Positions 12,834-24,636 of a stretch of 64,000 bases of DNA are shown here, in pieces. Numbering within the stretch: the first letter of the stretch is position 1; every line of letters begins with the position of its first letter. The notes beneath the pieces were generated by a model. The model did no database searches and had not been told where the DNA came from. It saw only the letters and a program-made list of their open reading frames with translations. Both the position numbers and the translations under genes were made by a program. This DNA is from Microthyrium microscopicum (Eukaryota), in assembly GCA_010405405.1 (NCBI GenBank), contig MU004243.1:863340-927339 (forward strand), read 5' to 3'.

Positions 12834-15800
12834 CTAACACCCAGCACCACTAGCATCCCTCACGCACAAATTATGTCTATAACACAGCCCCGGTGTCCCA
12901 CTAGCATCACAAGTAATCCAATTCCCCACCCCTATCCCGCCCACAAACCCATTATCATACTGCGCACTCGGCCCCATCGCTCCCGCCTGCACCCCAATCG
13001 TCGCTCTACTCGGATAGCTCGCGCCCAGTCCAAAATAGTGGAATTGATAAACCCCTGGACTGTCGGTAAAGTATTCGAGGAAATACTCATATTGCTCAGT
13101 TGGACTGAATCGTGTGGATGTTCGCCATTGGATACCGAGATAGGTGGTGTTTGCGTAGTAGAATATGCCGTCGCGGCCGTTGGACAAGATGGTTTGGTCG
13201 ACGAAGAAGGGGAGGATTACGAGGTTGGGTTGCGGCACGTCGAGGGTGGTGTTGAATTGGGGGTCGGGCAGGTTGTTGTTGGAGTAGGCGGTGGCGCCGG
13301 TGTTGAGGGAGAGGATGCCGGAGTCTTCGGCGTAGATGGTGGAGGATGTGCTGCCGAAGATGCTGAGTTCGAAGGGAAGGGTGATGGGGCCGCCGCTCGT
13401 GTTGTTTGTTTGTGCGGTTACGCAGGCCATGCCGGGTACGGCGGAGGGTGAAGGGATTGCGAGGTTGGTGGCGCAGGAGGGAGGTGTGTAGGCGGTCGGT
13501 GAGGACATTGCACTACTTGTCCTGGTGGACGAGCTGGGTACTGGAGACACGCTGGACGATTGCGGTGTAGTGGGTGTTGTCTGGCCGACTTGAATGGCGT
13601 TCGAAACGCCGTAGGCCTGGCTAGGTCCAGCGGCCAGAAGACCTTTCCAGTAGCAGTCACCGTTCCAGGAGACATCGACGCAACCGTTATTGGCACGGGA
13701 GCAGGCATTGATACACTCAGTAAAGGAACCTGTTGTGAAGCCGCCGCCATTTAGATCGCCACCAAAGCGGTCAGTGTCGCATGAGATGGAGAAGATCTTG
13801 CCCGTGTTGGTGTCGGTGTACTCGGTGTTGTTGGCGCCGGGACAGATGACATCTATGGTGCCTGTAGAGCAAGGTGTGTCTGTCGGAATATTGCCTCCTG
13901 GCGGCTGGTTCATGTAAAAGTCGCCGAGGGGAGTCAAGTTACCGCATTGATCGAGCATGGAAGCATTGTAACCGATGTTGGACCTATAACTACGGAAGCC
14001 ACCAAATATAGAATATCGCTCAAGATAATCAAGACCGTCAAGCCATAAAATTGTTTCTTCGTCGTTGGCGTTGGTGTCCATTAGACTTGACTGAGGATCG
14101 TTGAATTCAGTAAGCCAAACAGTCATATTTGGGTAGTTGCCACGAGTTGTAGTGACCATCCACTGTACACCAGAATATGGACCGTAGAAATGAACTGGTT
14201 GAAAATCCGCATGGCAGTTCCCATTGCACGCAGTGTAAAAGTCTTGCAGCCACTGTAATCCACGAAGCGATCCAGTGACGGCTGGAGCGCCCAATCTGAT
14301 ACCATATTCTCTCAATGGCTCAATATCTTGCATCCAGCGGGCCGCTCCTGCGACTGGATCGACTTGACTACCACCTTCATTATATGGTCCATCTGGTTCG
14401 TTGAAGGCGAGTACGTTCGTAATATTCATTCCAGCTTGTTTGAGTGAAATTACAGTCTGTGTAAAAGTATTCTCATAGTCTCCAAACAACATGGGTATGA
14501 ATTCCAGCGTAGTGTTATATGGTCCAGATGGCGCAGGTTGATAGTTGTAGTACCAGCCAATGGGAGAGCCAACTTGATTCCAAACCAAGTCATCTTCTGG
14601 AAACAGTGAATTTGGAACATATACCAGACCACGTTTGGACTGCGTAGTAGGTACGGGCGTGACATATAGAGAAGACGACACTGACGTCGCAGGGAGCGAA
14701 CTCGAAGCAGAGCCAGGAGGAGACATTTGATCTGTAACCGAAGACCACCATTCAGAAGAGACAGTAGCAATGTACGAAGACTGCGACAATGGCGAGATAC
14801 TTGGCGGCGAGTACGAAGCAGACGACGAGTAGCTATATCCAGGACAGATACCATACTGAGGATAGCAATAACGTCCACACGCATCCACGCTATTGCTACA
14901 CTGATTAGTCTGGAAATTGCCTGCCTCCTGATCAGTTCTACCTTCAACCCAAGTGCATTGAAAAACTTACAACAACTACCAAACGTACTACCAGCACACG
15001 TCTGACTATACCCAAACGGCGAAGGCCCACACCCGCCATCCTCAGAAACCCGCGTCGACGGACTCGCTCGCGGTGACGCCGACGATCTCGAAGCAACCCC
15101 CGAAGTCGCAAAATACGCTATCGCAAAATGTAAGCTTCACCCTCCTCATCATACTCAGATATAACTTACTAGGCGCATGCGTACTCGCAGCACTATAACT
15201 CGGCGTCCCAACAACTACCCACCCCATTAGCACTCTGTCTCCCCAACACAACCCAACCCACTAAACTTACGCTGCACAACCCCATTCAACAAATCCGCAT
15301 CATCAACACTCGGATCCACCCCATGAAAATACGCCCTAATCTGCGCATTCTCAAACCCGTCCTTCGGAAACCGCCAAAACCGCGCATTACTCGGCCCCGC
15401 CGCTCCACCGTCAAAGTACTGGCTCGTCCATGTCAATACGCCTCCCTGTGAGTAGAATGTCTGCGTGATCGGCAGCACGGAATCGCCGGGGGATGGCTCG
15501 AAGATTTCGTAGGGTGTGGTGGGGTCGGCGGAGTAGTAGAGGCTGTTGGCGGTTAGTTGGCCGTTGGGCTGGATTTGGAGGGTGGCGGCGAGGTTGGGGT
15601 TTGTGGTGGTGTTGCCGTTGGCCATCAGATAGGCTGTTACGGGCGCACGTTTGGCCTTGGACTTTTTGTTGGGGTTGGTGGGGAAGCTGATTATGAAGGG
15701 GTTGCCGGCGTTTACGAGGCCGTCGATGGGGACTATGGAGGGGATGGCTGGGGCGGAGGATGTGGAGGTGTCGGTGGAGGTGGTGTCGGTTGAGCTTGGT

Positions 15801-16540
15801 ATGGTTGAGTCTGTTGATGATGGGGTGGCTGAGGAGGAGTCGGTTGATGATGGCGCGGCGGGCGATGATGACTCTGTTGACGACGGGATGGCTGAAGAGG
15901 AGTCTGTTGTCGATGGGACAGCCAGAGTATCGGTGGAACTTCTGCCGAGAATGAGAGAGCTCAGTGAGGAGACGATGTTGCCAGTATCCGTTGAGCTTGA
16001 AGTTGATATCGCCGCCGACGTCGATACAGCTGGTGATATCGAAACACTCTCCGACGACGACGAGACAGGGAAAGCCGAAGCCAGCGAAGCCAGCGAAGAC
16101 GACGACACCACCACCACCGTCTCCGAAGTACTCTCCACCAAACTCGACCCCAGCACAATCGAGCTGAAACTAACAACAACCTCCGTCCCACTAGACACCG
16201 ACGAACTGCCCAACCCCGGATCCCCCAACGAAGTACCAACCGACGAACTCGCCGACGAATCCGAATAATCCCCCGACCTAGGCCCACCCGTCCCCGACGC
16301 ACTAAACCCCTCCGAAGAGATATCAGACGGACTAACAGTCATCATACTATACGAAATAACCGTATTCGTAAAGAACGAGGACGGAACAGGACAATTACTA
16401 TTGCTCGTCGTCAATGTCGCCGTGACCGTAATGACATCCTGTGCACTCGCCAATTGTGAAACCAATGAAGATATGAAAAGAAAAGCAGTGAGTAATGAGC
16501 GAACGAGGCTCAGAGAGCAGAAGGGTAGTGCGCGCCCCAT
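12834..16540 (-). CDS. Secreted multi-domain protein (~1182 aa): Ser/Thr-rich stalk, unknown domain, hevein/CBM18-like module, GH128 beta-1,3-glucanase, PAN/apple-like module, C-terminal domain (exons 16540-15271, 15214-15170, 15117-14971, 14920-12834)
   Basis: Three phase-1 GTAAGT..AG introns fuse the listed 437-aa and 684-aa ORFs. GH128 motifs: KRGL, WYYNY, FIPML, LAFNEPD, PVHFY, WLTEF. 8-Cys module CGPSPFGYSQTCAGSTFGSCCNFQTNQCSNSVDACGRYCYPQYGIC. Confidence 0.82.
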
Positions 16541-17107
16541 GGTGGATGGTTGGACTGATATCCAACGTAAGCGTGGGTAAATGATATATGTAAAGACTGT
16601 GTGTGATAGTAACCAAAAAAAGACGACGATCGCAGAAATGTTGGTGGTGGAAAGTACATGAGGTACGATTAATTAGAATGGAGCCAGAGACGCGCCATGT
16701 CCAAGGGATTGGAAGAGTTGAAGCGCGTGGAATGGAAAACACCTTTCATTTCGCGTAAAGATGATATGTGGAATGCTATGGTCGTGGGTAATGTGTGTAC
16801 TAGCGGTGGTCTAGACAAAGGAAGCAAGAGATTTGGAAGACTAAAAAGTATATTATTTACAACTTACGAAGGGTCTGCTGCACAATGAATAGCACAGAAA
16901 TAAACGCTATCCAAACGCCAACGGTTCCAATAAGGAATATCTATGGGATAATTCCACGGTCCTGCAAAAGCTTCAAGCTCAACGGCTCATTTTGTACCCA
17001 TTTCCTTAGATTCCGAATCTTCTTGGTGATGATAACATATCGGGACGTGTCCGTGATCCTCGAACCCCCGTCTATGATGGAACAAACAAATGAATAAGTT
17101 GACATGA

Positions 17108-18833
17108 TTACAACAAAATGAAACTGGCACCGGCAACACCAGCAACTGTAATGTAAGCCAGCATGCCAATGATAAAGTGGTCAGGGGTGGTTATTGAGGT
17201 GGCAGCACCCTTGGCAGATCCTGTGCCGGATGCAGCAGCGCCAGAACCAACGGCAGCGCCAATGGGGTTCGAGCTGACAACTCCTGTTCCTGAAGGTCCT
17301 GCTTGGCTCATGAGAGAGGCGCAAGATGAACCGGCGGCAACCGATGCCTTGACAGCAGCTGCACCATTGAAGCTGCATGCAGAAGCCGAGTTCTGTTGAC
17401 TCTTGTAATACTGATCCATGGCAAAAGACAACATTTCGGTGGAATTGCACATGCTGTAGGCGCCATAAGTACCGGTGGAAGGATTGGTCTTGATACCAGC
17501 GCAGACAGATCCTCCACCGTAGCCGCAGACGGTTCCGAAAAGACTGTCATAGTTGTCTGTGGTGACGCTACTCTTGACGGCGCAAGATAAAGAGTTGTAC
17601 ATGCAAGAGCACAAATCCGTGTTAGGGGTCGGTGGGAGTGGAGAAGCTTTAGCAGCCCAAGTGGCTGTAGCTACTGCTGGACACGATGTTGGAGAGTTTG
17701 TTGCAGTATAGCTAGCGCTGTTGACACCGGTTGGTGCAATCTTGCCCATTTGTGACGAGAGATATCCATAATCAGGGAGTTGAGAAGCAGTGCCACTTGA
17801 GACATCAACGAGACCTGTTCATGATTAGCCATATCCTCAAAGAAAGATGAATCCTAACATACCATAGTTGTTGGCTTCTTGGAAGTACATGTATACGATG
17901 CCACCGGAGAAGGTTCCGGTCATATTGCTGCTAAAAATAGTACCAACTTCGGTAAATTTGCGAGGCTGGACAGTATTGCAACCATATTCAGCAAAGAAAG
18001 ATGGAACAGAGTAGGTTGAGAATTCCTTGACACGCTGGTCGTAGCCTGACTGAGTGAAAGAAGAGTCACCGCACCATGAGTAGATGTTGTATCCCCAAAA
18101 GTCGATAGCAGATGACTGATCGCCGCAGTTGAAGTAGTTGGCCATATTTTCGCGAACGTTGGCATCGTCGCTGGTGGCGTAACCGACATACATTTGGCGG
18201 TAGTTCTTGCTCTTGATGTAAGCCTTGGAATCACGCACAGCAGCACGGACAAAAGCACTCGCAGAGGTGGTGTTCAAACTATTGGTAACTTCATTACCGG
18301 CGAAAAATCCAATAACGTTGGTGTATGTAGAGAACATGTCAATGACTTGCTCATATCGTTGCAATAGAGGACCGTTCCAGGCTGGAGTATCGCGGTTGAT
18401 GGAGACACCGGGGTTGCCCAAATCAGCAAAGACGTAGATGCCATTGGCTTGTAGCAACTGCATGCATGTGGTATGGTCTTTGGTAGGATCGACAGCGTAC
18501 ACACGGATGACATTGGTATTGGCCTTTTTCATGAGAGGGATATCGACTTGACACCGGGCAGCGTCGGCGAGAGGATCGACATATGTTGTAGCGCCTGATG
18601 CGGATGCACCAGTTGTACCGTTGCCGCCTGCTTCTTCTGGAGAGGAGTTAGTGATTGAATGTCTGGGAGAATAACTCAAGTGACATACGCTGGTAGGCAA
18701 TGCCTTGGACGAAGAATTCAGTGCCATTGGTCTTGTAGAAAAACTTGCTGCCCTTGATGACAATAGGGTCGAGGTCAGCGAGAACTGTTGAGGCTAGGAG
18801 GCCCACAGTCGCAAATAGACTGGCGGCGCGCAT
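17108..18833 (-). CDS. 1,3-beta-glucanosyltransferase GH72 (GAS/GEL family) with X8/CBM43 domain and GPI-anchor signal (exons 18833-18689, 18636-17863, 17814-17108)
   Basis: Signal peptide; [56 protein letters not shown]; Cys-rich LPPTPN..CSCM domain; hydrophobic C-terminus. Confidence 0.95.
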
Positions 18834-20993
18834 GGTGAAGGTATTGATAACAGGCGATGTTGGATGATTGATGTTTGGTAGAATTTGTTGTTTAGTTGTA
18901 GATGGCGGAGCGGTTGGGGCCGGGAGTGATTTGTCTGACGTAGGGTAGGTTGGGAGAGGAGGTTGTAAGCTGGTTAGGCAGTCGCAAATGAGGGCTTGTA
19001 ATGTTGGCTGGTATAGATTGAGGCCAGAAAGGGAGGGAGCGACCGGGTTGTCGTGAAACTGGCAAGCACGACTGGTGATAGTGTTGAAAGAGGTAGGAGC
19101 GAGTGACTTGAAAAGCACTAAAGTACAAATCTGGCAGAAAAGTATTAAAAGAGCAGTAACCAGAGCAATTTGAAGTGATGCAAAGAAGAAGAAGAAGAGA
19201 GTGGAGGAAATGCAATCAAGTGGAGAGAGAGGCCCGAGTCCAGAAACGCTGCAACGACGACCAGAAAGAGGCTCAGAGGCTCAGAACACTCAGAATGGTG
19301 AGAATCAATGCAAATCTGGTCCAGGACCAGCAACCCAGCATTTCACCAGGGACGGCACCAACGGGACCATCTGCAAGATGGCTGCAAATCTCATACTCGA
19401 TTGGCTCCCTGTTCATTCTCTGCATCAACAAGTTCCTTGACAAAATCCACTCTCTTTTTGATCAAAAAATACAATCGCCCAGGCCTGTCGTTTGTCTCCC
19501 GGCATCTCCTATTCGTCCCCTTGATTCTTCTCCTGGACCCGCTTTGCCACTATGCAATCCTTATGTATCTTACTAAGTATCATTCTTGCACCAAAGAGAG
19601 GCGAGACAGACCTCTCAGTCTCTTTTCCGAATGTTTACCAGTCCCTCGCCCTCAAACATTTGCTTTATTTCACACGCGACACGCCCCCTTTCTTCATCCA
19701 ATGATACTCCAAGAATGAGATGTTTAAAGCCTGACTATACCATGTTTTTGGTAATGGTTGCATTCTTGCCTGTCAATCGACTAAACCACACAAAGCCTTC
19801 GCAGTCAATTCAATTGTCCAGGTCGTAGGAAGAGTACGTAAAAAGTCTCGGGTCTCACATTCCCGCGCGTACGCGTCTGAGTGGATCTTACTGGCTTTCG
19901 CAACACGCTATCCAGCGGCTAATGCATCGCGCTTATCCACTGATCTGCCAAGATTCGTGTTCTACTTCGCCTCCTTCTCTCCACTGATCAATATTTAGAT
20001 CTTCACAAATAGTTCCGTAATATCTAGCATAATAAGCTTTATTTGTCTGATTCATGCCTGGGAACTTTGGATTCGTGACAATATTGTCATGAGAGTGAAA
20101 GCTCGACCGCCACAACCAACACGGTCAGGAGCATTACTTCCCTCAGCCTGATACCTAAATGTGAATATCAGAGACAAGAGCCAGGGCTATCTTATATTCA
20201 AGTCGATGTCTAAGACTAAGACAATGTGTTTCTCTGAGAAGGCGAATGCTTAACAGTGAGCGGGATGGTGTCGAGTACTATGCTGAATATCCCTTGCTAT
20301 CCGTCAGCTTTCCAATGCTTATATGTAGGAAATATTAGGAGTCAATAACCCTTGGATTGATCGATTCTAGTATCAGCGATCATGGTTGTTCAAGAGCGAA
20401 CAGCAAATAGCAGAGTTGTTTAGATCCTCATGGTTGCTTTGCTCTCTAAATGTTCTCACCAACAGAATCACTGCAACTCCACAACTCTTGAATATGGTAT
20501 TGTTCCATGGCTTCTATTGTGCGTCTCAATTTGCATTTGCATGCCCTTGATGTCTTGGTGTATTGAAGATCAAAGTCTTGTTCTGACCGAAAACAGGTTA
20601 GACGACCATTAGATTTTCCTCTACATCTCTCGTGAGTCTCAACATTATCCATAGGCATGCTCTTGATGTGCTTTTTTCATCATGACAACTCCTTGTTCTC
20701 ATCAGTTGGAGCTCCAAGTCATGTTTTGGCCAAAGACAAGTTCAACAATATCAACAAAGGTAAACATCACAGACCATATGGGCATGTCTTAGAATCTAGT
20801 CAATCGAGTATCATGATGGTTCTACATTAGACACCATCAACACTCGATCGAAGTATATATAAGAGTTTTGATATGCAGTGATATCAATTCAAATCAACTC
20901 ATCCGTTCTGGACATACAACCAGCATACATCAACTGTCAGCAATCAACAATAGACTTCAGACAAACACCATTCCAATTCCAAATTCATCCACA

Positions 20994-22031
20994 ATGGGCA
21001 AGTTCCACCGTCAGCACCAGAAACCAGCCGACAAAGGCAAAGGCAACGGCAACGGCAAACGCAAACAAGAACCCAGATCAACCTCTCCCCAGCGCAACCC
21101 AGCTCAAGCCAACAACCCAGCACCACCACGATCACCTCTCCTACCACCAACACCCCTTCCCTCCCCCCCAAACTCACCAGACGACTTACCGCCCAACCCA
21201 GCACACAACCCACCCATCATCCTCCTCCTCGGCCCCCCCGGCTCCGGCAAAACCACCATCGGCGCAGTCCTAGCAGCCCAATACAACCTCCACCACCTGC
21301 CCGTCAGCACCCTCATCACCACCCTCACCGCACACCCAATGTCAAAGATCAGCGATCCCATCAACACCTACATCCAACGCCGCGCCATCATCCCCCAACC
21401 TCTCCTGGACTCTGAGTTCGGCCCATCCGGCCACCTACCAACCCTCCTCGCCATGTATGTGTCCTACACCACGGGCAGCAGCCCCTTGCGCGAAGACGCA
21501 GCCTTTCTCGTCAAAGATGAGATCTCAGAACTCCTGTTGCGCGACAAAAATGCCGACGGTGCGTCTGTTTCTGGCGTGTTGGTTGGTGGGTTTCCGAGCA
21601 CGGTTCGGTTGGCGGGCACGTTGAGTAAGGGTGGTGTTTTTGTGAGGGGTGCGTTTCCGGCGTTTGTGGTTGTGTTGGAGTGTTCGGAGGTGACTGCGTT
21701 TGCGCGCTGGGCGAAGGGCAGTGGGGTGGATGCAATGTCAAGTGTGTTTGATAGTCGGTATCAGGCGTATCAGCGGGAGTTGGTGGGTATGTTGAGATTC
21801 TGGGATCGTTATGGTGTTGGGAGGGTGCGGCAGAGTACGGAGGGGGAGTTGGGGGTTGTTGTTGGGGAGCTTGTGGAGAAGTTGGAGAAGAAGAGACGTT
21901 GGCGGAATCTGTTCCCTGGTCGTGGAGCGTGGAATCCTTATAGTGGTGGGTCTGGAGGACCTGGTGGACCTGGAGGACCTGGAGGACCTGGAGGACCTGG
22001 TGGACCTGGTGTGCCATCAGCAGGAAAGTGA
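20994..22031 (+). CDS. Divergent adenylate/nucleoside-monophosphate kinase-like P-loop protein with Pro-rich N-terminus and (GGP)6 tail
   Basis: Intronless, ATG at 20994. IILLLGPPGSGKTT (Walker A), YNLHHLPVSTL, VLVGGFPST, VVVLECS. Confidence 0.7.
   Translation: MGKFHRQHQKPADKGKGNGNGKRKQEPRSTSPQRNPAQANNPAPPRSPLLPPTPLPSPPNSPDDLPPNPAHNPPIILLLGPPGSGKTTIGAVLAAQYNLHHLPVSTLITTLTAHPMSKISDPINTYIQRRAIIPQPLLDSEFGPSGHLPTLLAMYVSYTTGSSPLREDAAFLVKDEISELLLRDKNADGASVSGVLVGGFPSTVRLAGTLSKGGVFVRGAFPAFVVVLECSEVTAFARWAKGSGVDAMSSVFDSRYQAYQRELVGMLRFWDRYGVGRVRQSTEGELGVVVGELVEKLEKKRRWRNLFPGRGAWNPYSGGSGGPGGPGGPGGPGGPGGPGVPSAGK
21954..22007 (+). repeat. Coding 9-bp tandem repeat (GGWGGACCT)x6 encoding Gly-Gly-Pro
   Basis: Read directly from the sequence. 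Confidence 0.92.
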
Positions 22032-23666
22032 TGGCTTTTGTTGGAAAGGTGAATGATCTTGCTGTTGAGCAAGAAGTAGAGGGTGCGATTCGATCTCAGT
22101 GCGGTGCGATCTTTGTGCGATATCTTGGTGCCATAGACCTTTTGCGATTTGACTTTTTAGACTCAGTACCCATTACAGCATGTATCTTTATAGCATAGCA
22201 TATCTTAGCGAGCGAAATTACACTTCTCGAATCATCGTCAAACGTTTTATGTTCTGCCGCTTCACAACCCTCTTCTGGCTGTCAGCGGGTTCTTAGAACC
22301 TACAGTGAGATTGCTGATGTGGTGATCAAAATCATGGTTTTAGACATCTTGATAAGAAGGACATCAGCATTATGAAAGTCAATAGATATTAGCATAATGG
22401 TTTGGCTAACGAGGGAAACAGACAGCACGATGTCAAGGTTAGTCTGAATATACTCATTGAATGCTTTCTCATGACTTTATCCTAATCACCATTGAGTCTG
22501 GGCCCGAAGACTTCAATGGATATTGACCATGAAGTTATATGTGATCAAGACCTACATGTTACGTGCTGCTCATGTTTAGAACGGAAGTCTCGGGCTGCTA
22601 AGATACGACAATTGACCACGAATAAGAACTTATTGATACCGAACCGATATCCTTTTGCTGTACTGAAGAGAGCAAACCTATTTGAGGTAATATTGCTTGC
22701 GTAGAACGTGATCCAGAGAATGCTTCAGATAGCAATCAATTCGATATATAGGACAGTCTTCGATTTATACTGTCGGCTTTTAATCATGGTTTATTAGCAT
22801 CGCTCAAACGTATCAATCATTGATGCGGATATCGGATATACTCTACCTTTTTGGGGTTACCACCTCTTTAAAAGCTAATGTCAAGTTCAATTCGGCACAT
22901 CATCCAAAATCCCAATATACTAATTACTACTGGAATGAAGTCTCCCTTGCAGTCATAGTAGCCTGCATCACTAACAGCTGATTTAGGAACTCGGCAATAC
23001 ACGATCATCTTCAAGTTTCTAGATCCACTTTATGCGTTCGAAGAGCATCTGATTCAAGTCCTAAGGTAGATATCAAAGAATAGAAGATGAGCTTCAAGCT
23101 CCAGATCGTATGAGATAATCGACTGAGAGTTCGGAAGACAATATATTAACACAGGAACGATTTGATTCAATTCAACTCCATACATCAAGACTCTAAAGTT
23201 CACGCCTACGTCTTGACATATTGAGATACTCAATACTGTGCCCGATAAACATCCAAATCTACGCCATTGTCACGCTTCTCTCAAACACAAACAGTATTAT
23301 CGAGCGATACCATCAGCTCATTGCTATGAAGTCCTTCACCGAGGTAAGAATTATTTCAACACATCGTTCCTCAAGAGACTGTTTCAAACAGAACCAAGCA
23401 ACAATCCAAACATCCAAACATTTCCAAAAGCTTAATTCCAGTACCAACACCCACTCGAAAAACCGCACAATGCACTCTCATATATCATAAAGTAACCTCT
23501 CATCAGCCTCAATTTCAAAAATAATCTCAACAAGGCTGAACATTCAGCCTCAGATCTCGATCAAATCAGCTAAGCGCGGTACCGCGGTACCGAGCCGCAA
23601 TCACCTTGCTTGCCTCCGATGCAACGCTACGGATCCCCAAGCAAGCAAGCAAGGCAAGATAAGATG

Positions 23667-23754
23667 CATGAACGCGCATTTCCCTAGCAACTTTGGGAAC
23701 GCTGGACTATCTCACCATGAATTTGTAGTGTATCTACTAGGATTGATCACGATC
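23667..23754. repeat. Direct repeat copy 1 (~90 bp)
   Basis: CATGAACGCGCATTTCCCTAGCAACTTTGGGAACGCTGGACT matches the sequence from 24547 at 41/42 positions; similarity continues, with indels, to ...TCACGATC. Confidence 0.92.
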
Positions 23755-24067
23755 CGATTGTCGCTATATTAGATGTTCACGCCAAAGAGGAATGGGCGCA
23801 GAGCCAGATCGTGAGCCAGCAGTCGCACTTGGCCACGAAGTAGCTCTACATACTATGTAAATGTGAGATGAGGTGATCGATGCAGAGATAGCAGTATTAT
23901 CAAATGAAGCCGTACAATATGACCTGCAGAACTGGTCGCATGTTGTTGTTTTCGCAAGTAAGAAGCCAATCCACGACGTCATTATTACCCCTTGTCATTC
24001 AAATGCTGCCTCCCAAGCAAAATACTCACCAGATCATGAACAAAACAACTCCCAACATCTCCGCTTG

Positions 24068-24444
24068 ATGATGAACTCGATAGGGCGGGCTACTACCACA
24101 CGCCTTGGGCGCAAGGTCGGCCTCACAACTACCGCACGTCGTCCAGCCGCAACTTCTACGTATGAATCAAACCACTCAGCTCACGACGGAGCCGAGCAAA
24201 ATAACACGGTACGTGGTATGGGTCAAACTCGCCTTTGCTGAGCACTGATACGTGTGAGAAATCGCCTGAGCTAGCCGCGAATTCGACAAACCCGAAGAAG
24301 ACGGTCGCTGAACTCGACGAGGAGCTTCGGCTGAAGCTGGAAGAACGAAGCGGCGATGGAGGCATGGCTGGCATTGAGCTCGAAGATGGAAAGCCGAATG
24401 CTATGAAACGGTCTGTTAGAGAGAATATGTATCGTGTAATATAA
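24068..24444 (+). CDS. Small fungal protein (~105 aa) with a possible mitochondrial presequence; one intron (~24210-24270, boundaries ambiguous)
   Basis: Arg/Thr-rich N-terminus MMNSIGRATTTRLGRK. C-terminal KKTVAELDEELRLKLEERSGDGGMAGIELEDGKPNAMKRSVRENMYRVI resembles, from memory, a conserved Pezizomycotina hypothetical protein. Confidence 0.65.
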
Positions 24445-24546
24445 AGATCTGTTAGATGACAGAGAAAATAATATACTAGTACTTCTAACTTTATTATTGG
24501 GGACCGTCAGCACGTCGGTTTCCGATTTGAACTGCGGTATAAGAAC

Positions 24547-24636
24547 CATGAACGCGCATTTCCCTAGCAACTTTAGGAACGCTGGACTTATCTCACCATG
24601 AATTTATAGTTTATTTTACCTGGGATAGTCACGATC
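24547..24636. repeat. Direct repeat copy 2 (~90 bp)
   Basis: Second copy of 23667-23754, same orientation, offset 880 bp. Confidence 0.92.

Noticed and set aside
15651..16268. 205-aa plus-strand acidic ORF
   Set aside because: Antisense shadow of the Ser/Thr-rich exon of the GH128 gene.
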